64,000 nt of DNA from an uncultured bacterium (lineage in GTDB: Bacteria; Patescibacteriota; Minisyncoccia; Phycocordibacterales; DATDWN01): assembly GCA_903861205.1 (NCBI GenBank), contig CAIOTC010000003.1:7964-71963 (forward strand), written 5' to 3'. The notes beneath the pieces were generated by a model. The model did not search any database. It saw only the letters and a list, made by a program, of their open reading frames with translations, and was not told the origin of the DNA. Both the position numbers and the translations under genes were made by a program. Shown here in pieces: positions 58,306-64,000 of this stretch; the stretch's first letter is position 1; every line of letters starts with the position of its first letter.

Positions 58306-58986
58306 TTAAATAATCATTTTGTAACCTATTCCTCTAACACTCTCAATTATTTCTGGAAATTCTGTGTAGCCAGTTGCCATTTTCAATTTTTCCTTCACTT
58401 CGTTCACAGCAGATTGCACAGCAGTTATCTGCCTTTTTGTTACTCCCTCTCTTTGATTTGGTCGTCCTTGTCCAAAGTCTCTCACATTTCTTATAGCTTC
58501 GTATAGTTCTTCGAAAGAAGTATCCTTTCCAAATTTCCTTTTCAAACACCGAAACACTGCGAGTTCATTTCCCCTGAAAGAAATTTCAGTAGGCAATCCT
58601 AAGTAAGTCAAAACTGTACTACCTTCATGATTTTGTTCTTCACCAAACAAGCATGACGATTCGTCAAAAGTTTTTTCAAAATACATTTTAAGTAGTTCCG
58701 TAGTGTATCCAGATATTTCAACATGTCCATTTTCAGATAGTGTCCATGAGGGTTCTGGGTTTGTTTCCGGTCTTATTTTTAGTACAACACCTTTTATTTC
58801 TGTCAGCATATGTATAACAAGCCATTGTGGTGTTTTTCTTGCAGTGTCAAAGTCAGTAGGGGAATTTGTTATAAGTGCAGGATCAAAATCAATAGATGTG
58901 TGAAATCCGTCGACTTCATGTACTCTCATTTCGATTAATTGTCGTGTGAACCATTTTAGCTGCTCACTAAAAATTTCAGTTACCAT
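58306..58986 (-). CDS. protein with C-terminal OmpR-type winged-helix DNA-binding domain
   Basis: C-terminal KEKL......IIESVRGIGYKM. Confidence 0.75.
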   Translation of the reverse strand: MVTEIFSEQLKWFTRQLIEMRVHEVDGFHTSIDFDPALITNSPTDFDTARKTPQWLVIHMLTEIKGVVLKIRPETNPEPSWTLSENGHVEISGYTTELLKMYFEKTFDESSCLFGEEQNHEGSTVLTYLGLPTEISFRGNELAVFRCLKRKFGKDTSFEELYEAIRNVRDFGQGRPNQREGVTKRQITAVQSAVNEVKEKLKMATGYTEFPEIIESVRGIGYKMII

Positions 58987-59013
58987 ATGAGGTTATTATA
59001 AAACAAACTTAAC

Positions 59014-59292
59014 TCAAATCATCATTGTGGCCATTAATAATAATATAGAAAGTAGAGGTGATACTAATAATATCAAAAAAATGGACGGGGTTTGTTTGCC
59101 ATTTTTTATAAAAATAGTTACTGAGTGAACGAAACTTGAAACTAGCACAACAACATAAACAAAAATAGTAAATGTCAAAATATTTCCAGAATCTCCAAAC
59201 ATAGTTAAAAATGTATGTATTAATGCAAAAGGTAGAATAAATTCTAAAACCAACAATACAATAGCAAGATTGTTGTCACTTCGTTTGATCAT
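59014..59292 (-). CDS. small three-TM membrane protein
   Basis: Three hydrophobic segments. Confidence 0.55.
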   Translation of the reverse strand: MIKRSDNNLAIVLLVLEFILPFALIHTFLTMFGDSGNILTFTIFVYVVVLVSSFVHSVTIFIKNGKQTPSIFLILLVSPLLSILLLMATMMI

Positions 59293-59446
59293 AATTTGTT
59301 ATTTTTTTAAAGTTAAAGTTCGGATTTTTAATAACTCAATTATACAGCAGTTAACATCTTTTTTGTAATCCACAGTCGTATAACAGGTTTACACCCAAAT
59401 GAACTCATTGTGATATAATATATTTATTAAAAATTTCTAAAATAAT

Positions 59447-60607
59447 ATGGAACAAAACTATCAAAATGGTGAATCTCCTTTGCAACCCTTACAAACCACT
59501 CAACAAAACGATTTTTCAAATCAAACTTCACCACAATCTGATATTAAAATTCCAACGCACCCTACTGGTAAAAAGTACAGTAAATTTTTTGTAGTTATTC
59601 TAGCAGTTTTGTTGGTTGTAACCATAATAACTGCGGGAATTTTTGCTATGCAAAATAAAACTGTAAGTGAAAAATCTGTGACAAACATTTCTGACTGTCA
59701 AAAAACATCAGATGCAGGATCTTGTATTTTATCGTTTGCATTAAAACAAGCTGATCCATCAATATGCGGTGAATATTTTGTTGGTGAGAAAAAGGATATG
59801 TGTTTATCACAGGTTTCTGTTTTAAAAAAGGATTTGGCTACATGTCAGTTAGTTGACACATTACAATATAGACAGATTTGCTATCAACAAATTACTGGAA
59901 AAAATTTGACTGCCACTACATCTGTAACTCAAAATCCAAGTGATTGCACAAGCCTTACCAATCCAGCTGAACAATATTATTGTGTTGCAAAACAAGCTGA
60001 ATCAAAAAATAATCCAGCTCTATGCGACACAGTAACAACACAAAACTTTAAAGACAGATGTTACATGCAGGTTGCGGAAGATACAAAAAATTCACAATTA
60101 TGTGCCAAAGTTAGAACACCTGATAATAAAGATATTTGCTATAACGCCTTAGCCCAATTAACTAACGATTCTAAGTTATGTAATCAAATAAAAAATAATA
60201 CTGGAATGAAAGAAGGCTGTTTACAAATTTTTGAATTGAAGAAACCACAAGTTCCTTCGCTTGCTGTAACTATGGATTTGTCTATGGCAACTTTAACGGG
60301 TAAGGCGGGACAAACTGTTGATGTAACAGGAACTATAGAAAATTATTCTGGACAAACCGTATACCTTAATACCATGGGTGGATCATTAGGTTCGCCTGAT
60401 ATGGAATTGGACACTGCATACTTCTTTCAAGTTGTTCCTCGTATTTTCAAACAAGGGGATATATATAAAGGTACATTATTTTCAGTAAGTATTGGCAGTA
60501 ATGTTCAGCCTGGTAACTATCGGGTTAGTTTCTATTTCATGGGGGGAAAGGATATTTCTGGTTTTGATCAGTTAACAAAACAAAATCTCTCAATAACAGT
60601 ACAATAA
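59447..60607 (+). CDS. membrane-anchored Cys-rich repeat surface protein
   Basis: TM helix, repeated C-x9/10-CY-x11-C units, C-terminal beta-rich domain. Confidence 0.8.
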   Translation: MEQNYQNGESPLQPLQTTQQNDFSNQTSPQSDIKIPTHPTGKKYSKFFVVILAVLLVVTIITAGIFAMQNKTVSEKSVTNISDCQKTSDAGSCILSFALKQADPSICGEYFVGEKKDMCLSQVSVLKKDLATCQLVDTLQYRQICYQQITGKNLTATTSVTQNPSDCTSLTNPAEQYYCVAKQAESKNNPALCDTVTTQNFKDRCYMQVAEDTKNSQLCAKVRTPDNKDICYNALAQLTNDSKLCNQIKNNTGMKEGCLQIFELKKPQVPSLAVTMDLSMATLTGKAGQTVDVTGTIENYSGQTVYLNTMGGSLGSPDMELDTAYFFQVVPRIFKQGDIYKGTLFSVSIGSNVQPGNYRVSFYFMGGKDISGFDQLTKQNLSITVQ

Positions 60608-60658
60608 ACAACTGTGATAAATAATACAATATTATCTTTAATTTAAAGTAAAAATACC

Positions 60659-62125
60659 ATGGAACCAAATAATACAAATAGCGAGTTTCCTTCACAACCT
60701 TTACAAACTACACCTCAGCCAGATTTTTTAAACCAAACTCAACCTTCTAAAAAATTATCAACAATATTTTTGTTGTTTATTATCATAATGGTTGTTGTGC
60801 TTGGTGGTGCTAGTGTTTTTGCATATCAAATATATCAAAAAAATAAAATTATTCCTGCTGTTCCTGTTAAAAATACAGTTGTTAATAATGTAGCGATTGC
60901 TTCAACAACTGGCATAACAATAAAATACATTGATGTTAAAGGTAAAATTTTAGAAGCTAAAAATGGACATTACTTATCTGGTGAAAATATTTACTCTTCA
61001 AATATAAATTTATTTTATGATGGAAATCCTATTTTGAATAAAACAATACTTGGTAAAGATAGTTATTTTGACAGTCAATCATTAAGTAGTAACGGTATGC
61101 ATTATGCTTTTGTTATGGCACATTATCCACATTATCCTATGATGCCACTGACAAATACCCACGATTTGTATATTGATGGCAAGAAAATAAAAGCTTTGCA
61201 TAGTCCTATAATTCCACTTGTTTCTGATACTGGTGAATTTGTAGAGGCAAACCTCAAGACTGCAAAGCAGTCTACTTTCCCATATTCTATGTCTAGTCCA
61301 AATGGACAACATAATGCGGATATAAAAAATGGGAATCTATTTATAGATGGTAAACCAATGTTATCGAGTACAACCACTATTATTAATATTAATCAATTGC
61401 AGATCACCGATTCTGGACATTATTTGCTATTTTTCTCTTACATTTACACATCAGACAAATACGGTAAAACATCTAAAACATCAGTTTATATTGATGGAAA
61501 AGAATATTCCTCAACAGGTTTCGTCTATGGCTACATAAATAATGATGCAACCCATCATCTTTTCTATAGTTCTAATAATGTGTGGGCATTGGATGACAAA
61601 CCTATAGATTTCCAAGGTGTTGCAATTCCTTATAATAAAATTAGTGACGCTCCTTTTGGAACAAGTCTAGTGGAAATGATAGACAATACAATTTATGTTT
61701 ACAAAGCAGATAAGACATACAATGTAGTTGATAAAATTCCTGAAATGCCTGCCAATACCGTTAATAGCTTAGATCAAAACATCAGTGTTATTCTGGATAA
61801 GGTTGATGGCATTGGAAGCAGAAATACAGCAATTCAGTTCAAAGGAAAAGTTGTAAATAATTCTGACTGGAAAGAAATTTATCTCAATGGTGCTGGTGGA
61901 AACACATCTAGTGGGGAACTAACCATGGACAACTCTCAGTTTTTTGTGTTGCCCCCAAAACTTGATCCTGGTCAAGTTATAACAGGGGAACTTTTTTCAA
62001 TTGCAGTTTCTCAAGTTGCTTTACCTGGTGACTATTCTGCAACTATGACTATTCAAGGTGGTACAAATCAAACGACCTATGACACGATGACTACTTCAGA
62101 TGTAACAATTAATATAAAACCATAG
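60659..62125 (+). CDS. membrane-anchored beta-rich surface protein
   Basis: TM helix, repeated S.NG.H...LYIDGK units, C-terminal domain similar to the preceding gene. Confidence 0.8.
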   Translation: MEPNNTNSEFPSQPLQTTPQPDFLNQTQPSKKLSTIFLLFIIIMVVVLGGASVFAYQIYQKNKIIPAVPVKNTVVNNVAIASTTGITIKYIDVKGKILEAKNGHYLSGENIYSSNINLFYDGNPILNKTILGKDSYFDSQSLSSNGMHYAFVMAHYPHYPMMPLTNTHDLYIDGKKIKALHSPIIPLVSDTGEFVEANLKTAKQSTFPYSMSSPNGQHNADIKNGNLFIDGKPMLSSTTTIININQLQITDSGHYLLFFSYIYTSDKYGKTSKTSVYIDGKEYSSTGFVYGYINNDATHHLFYSSNNVWALDDKPIDFQGVAIPYNKISDAPFGTSLVEMIDNTIYVYKADKTYNVVDKIPEMPANTVNSLDQNISVILDKVDGIGSRNTAIQFKGKVVNNSDWKEIYLNGAGGNTSSGELTMDNSQFFVLPPKLDPGQVITGELFSIAVSQVALPGDYSATMTIQGGTNQTTYDTMTTSDVTINIKP

Positions 62126-62140
62126 TCATAAAATAAAAAT

Positions 62141-62398
62141 ATGTACAATTTTTTTGTTAATTTAGTAAAAGAGTTTTTTGCTCACCCATTCATTCTGATT
62201 TTATTTGTTCTTTTGATAGTAGGTATGTTTCTGTACACAAAGAATAAAAAACAAAAAACTAGTACCACCGTACGAGAATCATTAACAATGGTTGCCATAG
62301 GAGTATTGGTGTTTGTAGTCATTATTATATTGTTTATAAATTTTATTGGCGGAAGTTTTGAATGTAATGGTGGTAGTGGTTTTATATTTGCGTGTTAA
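62141..62398 (+). CDS. small two-TM protein
   Basis: ORF with two hydrophobic helices. Confidence 0.6.
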   Translation: MYNFFVNLVKEFFAHPFILILFVLLIVGMFLYTKNKKQKTSTTVRESLTMVAIGVLVFVVIIILFINFIGGSFECNGGSGFIFAC

Positions 62399-62408
62399 AC
62401 TTAAAAAT

Positions 62409-62717
62409 ATGAAAAAAATTATCTTTTTCTTGGTGGGTTTGTTTTTACCAGTTGCTATTGAGGTGTATTTTTATTTTAATTTTCTTTCACCGAGTGTTTC
62501 TTCTATAGCATCACCACTAGTATTTACTTTTCTCGGAGTTCCACTAGCCGTTTTGTTTGTAGTACCCATTATTGTCGGTGCAATCATTATGAATTTATAC
62601 GGTTTTGCAAATAAACCAGTCGTTTATAGTTATTGGATTGGTGTAATTTTAGGAATATTATCCGTATATTTTGTATCTATACCAAATTTTATTTCTTTTC
62701 TGAAAATATACTTTTAA
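62409..62717 (+). CDS. small three-TM protein
   Basis: MKKIIFFL start; hydrophobic throughout. Confidence 0.6.
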   Translation: MKKIIFFLVGLFLPVAIEVYFYFNFLSPSVSSIASPLVFTFLGVPLAVLFVVPIIVGAIIMNLYGFANKPVVYSYWIGVILGILSVYFVSIPNFISFLKIYF

Positions 62718-62723
62718 TTATCC

Positions 62724-63269
62724 ATGACTAGTATTCAACAAAAAATAGTAGATGAAATTCTGGACGAATACAAAAACAAGGAACACATAATCGGTGTCCG
62801 TGTTTTTGGAAGTGTTGCTGTGGGTAAAGAAAGAAGTAATTCAGATGTTGATATCACCATCATTTTTGATGACGATAGAGAATGGGAATTATTCAAAGAA
62901 AATAAATATGGAATCGCTGTTGATTTTGAGATTGTTACAAAAAATATTTGGGAGATGATGTTGAAAGAGTATCCATATCTTTTTTACATAGAAAATAGCA
63001 AGATTGTTTTGGATAAGACAGGATTTGTAAAAGATGCGTTAAACAAAAGTAAAAAATATTTTGACGACAATCCTGAGGTTTATGATTTTTGGAAAAAGAA
63101 CTATGATCTGATGAGGGAATTAAAAGCGTCTGGAGAAAAACCTAAAAATTATATTGTAATTTGTGATGAAGCGGAAACCAGATTTTCAGATTATCACTCT
63201 GTTAAAAGGGACATCTTGACACCAGAATTTTTTCATAAACATACAAAAAAAATCAACCTAATGAATTGA
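62724..63269 (+). CDS. Pol-beta-superfamily nucleotidyltransferase domain protein
   Basis: VFGSVAVG.....SDVD motif. Confidence 0.85.
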   Translation: MTSIQQKIVDEILDEYKNKEHIIGVRVFGSVAVGKERSNSDVDITIIFDDDREWELFKENKYGIAVDFEIVTKNIWEMMLKEYPYLFYIENSKIVLDKTGFVKDALNKSKKYFDDNPEVYDFWKKNYDLMRELKASGEKPKNYIVICDEAETRFSDYHSVKRDILTPEFFHKHTKKINLMN

Positions 63270-63353
63270 TAGGGAGTTTGGAAGAGCTTCCATTTGTAAA
63301 TAAAGAAAAAAGGGCTGGCGGAATAATCACGCACAGCCCATTGAAATTCTTTT

Positions 63354-63554
63354 TTACTCCCAAACCAAACCATATTTCTTTCTGGCCTCGTCCACTTTCG
63401 CTAACTGGATTCGGATAGTGGCTCGCTTAATACACTCCATTAGCTCCTCCCAGTCCTGCCACGGAAATGTTTTGACTTTCACCATAGCAGACAGCACTTG
63501 CTCGTCGGTAGTGAGTGTCTGAATTTCAGATATGAATTTTTCTTTCACTCTCAT
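63354..63554 (-). CDS. small hypothetical protein
   Basis: AAAGGA Shine-Dalgarno, downstream hairpin with T-run. Confidence 0.55.
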   Translation of the reverse strand: MRVKEKFISEIQTLTTDEQVLSAMVKVKTFPWQDWEELMECIKRATIRIQLAKVDEARKKYGLVWE

Positions 63555-63706
63555 TCCTTTCTACAGTCTATATTATCATACAAGATATAATAAAGTCAAT
63601 AGTGGGGTGTAGGGTGTTGTATTAGATTTGGTATATGAAGTTTATATCGAATGGAAGTGTATTGTTTGACATACCATTTCACATTTGATATGATATCGTC
63701 ATAAAT

Positions 63707-64000
63707 ATGAAATACAGAGAAATATTGTTAGAACAGCTCAAATCACAGCCATATTTCACTAAAAAGGTGGTATATCAGCTCAGTGAGCAGTATAAGCTTA
63801 AAAATACCACAGTTGACTCATATATCAGCCAGTCTTTGAAGCACAAGGATATTATTTCGCTCAGAAATGGACTATATATTTCTAACGATTTTTATAACAA
63901 AAACAAAGGCGATATTTCCTATTCTTTTTACCTTGCAAACATACTTCGTAAACCTTCGTACATAAGTTCGTGGACGGCTTTGCAGTATTACAACCTGGCG
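63707..64000 (+). CDS. AbiEi-like (type IV toxin-antitoxin) antitoxin, truncated by window end
   Basis: Manual translation MKYREILLEQLKSQPYFTK...IISLRNGLY...LANILRKPSYISSWTALQYYNL. Confidence 0.75.
   Translation, partial: MKYREILLEQLKSQPYFTKKVVYQLSEQYKLKNTTVDSYISQSLKHKDIISLRNGLYISNDFYNKNKGDISYSFYLANILRKPSYISSWTALQYYNLA

Larger units (their letters stand above)
53583..64000. mobile_element. integrative element at tRNA-Asp (right end outside window or undetermined)
   Basis: Integrase abuts the tRNA 3' end, replication gene follows, codon style is visibly more AT-rich, host intergenic repeat families are absent. Confidence 0.75.

Noticed and set aside
53583-64000. Complete prophage
   Set aside because: No terminase, capsid, tail or lysis genes visible in the window.

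Overview
Chromosomal segment of a Candidate Phyla Radiation (Patescibacteria, Parcubacteria-like) bacterium, inferred from the S10/spc cluster lacking rpmD (L30), a compact type IV pilus locus and many CPR-type membrane proteins. It contains the S10/spc ribosomal protein genes (interrupted between rplE and rpsN by a ~2.8 kb accessory insert with a Panacea-type antitoxin), secY-adk-map-ndk, a beta-CASP RNase, infC-rpmI-rplT, a GH125 gene, tmRNA with smpB, ftsH, recG, purN, comF, a full pil locus with four tandem major-type pilins and a REP-associated tyrosine transposase (RAYT), ligA, gatCA, five tRNAs (including a rare tRNA-Ile with UAU anticodon), a free-standing LAGLIDADG endonuclease, and from ~53.6 kb to the end an element integrated at tRNA-Asp (large serine recombinase, primase-polymerase, surface proteins, AbiEi-like gene). 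The most striking unexplained structure is a dense layer of palindromic DNA. At least five families of ~100 bp imperfect inverted repeats built from short periodic units sit at gene junctions and supply stop codons, start codons and prepilin leader peptides. A 23-31 bp palindrome flanks the RAYT and is also inserted in frame in recG, purN and the RAYT itself. Also noted: a 6S-like RNA candidate, a strict -10/N6/start leaderless layout on many genes, and a contrasting set of small orphan genes with strong Shine-Dalgarno sites. All calls are by eye; no database searches were run.
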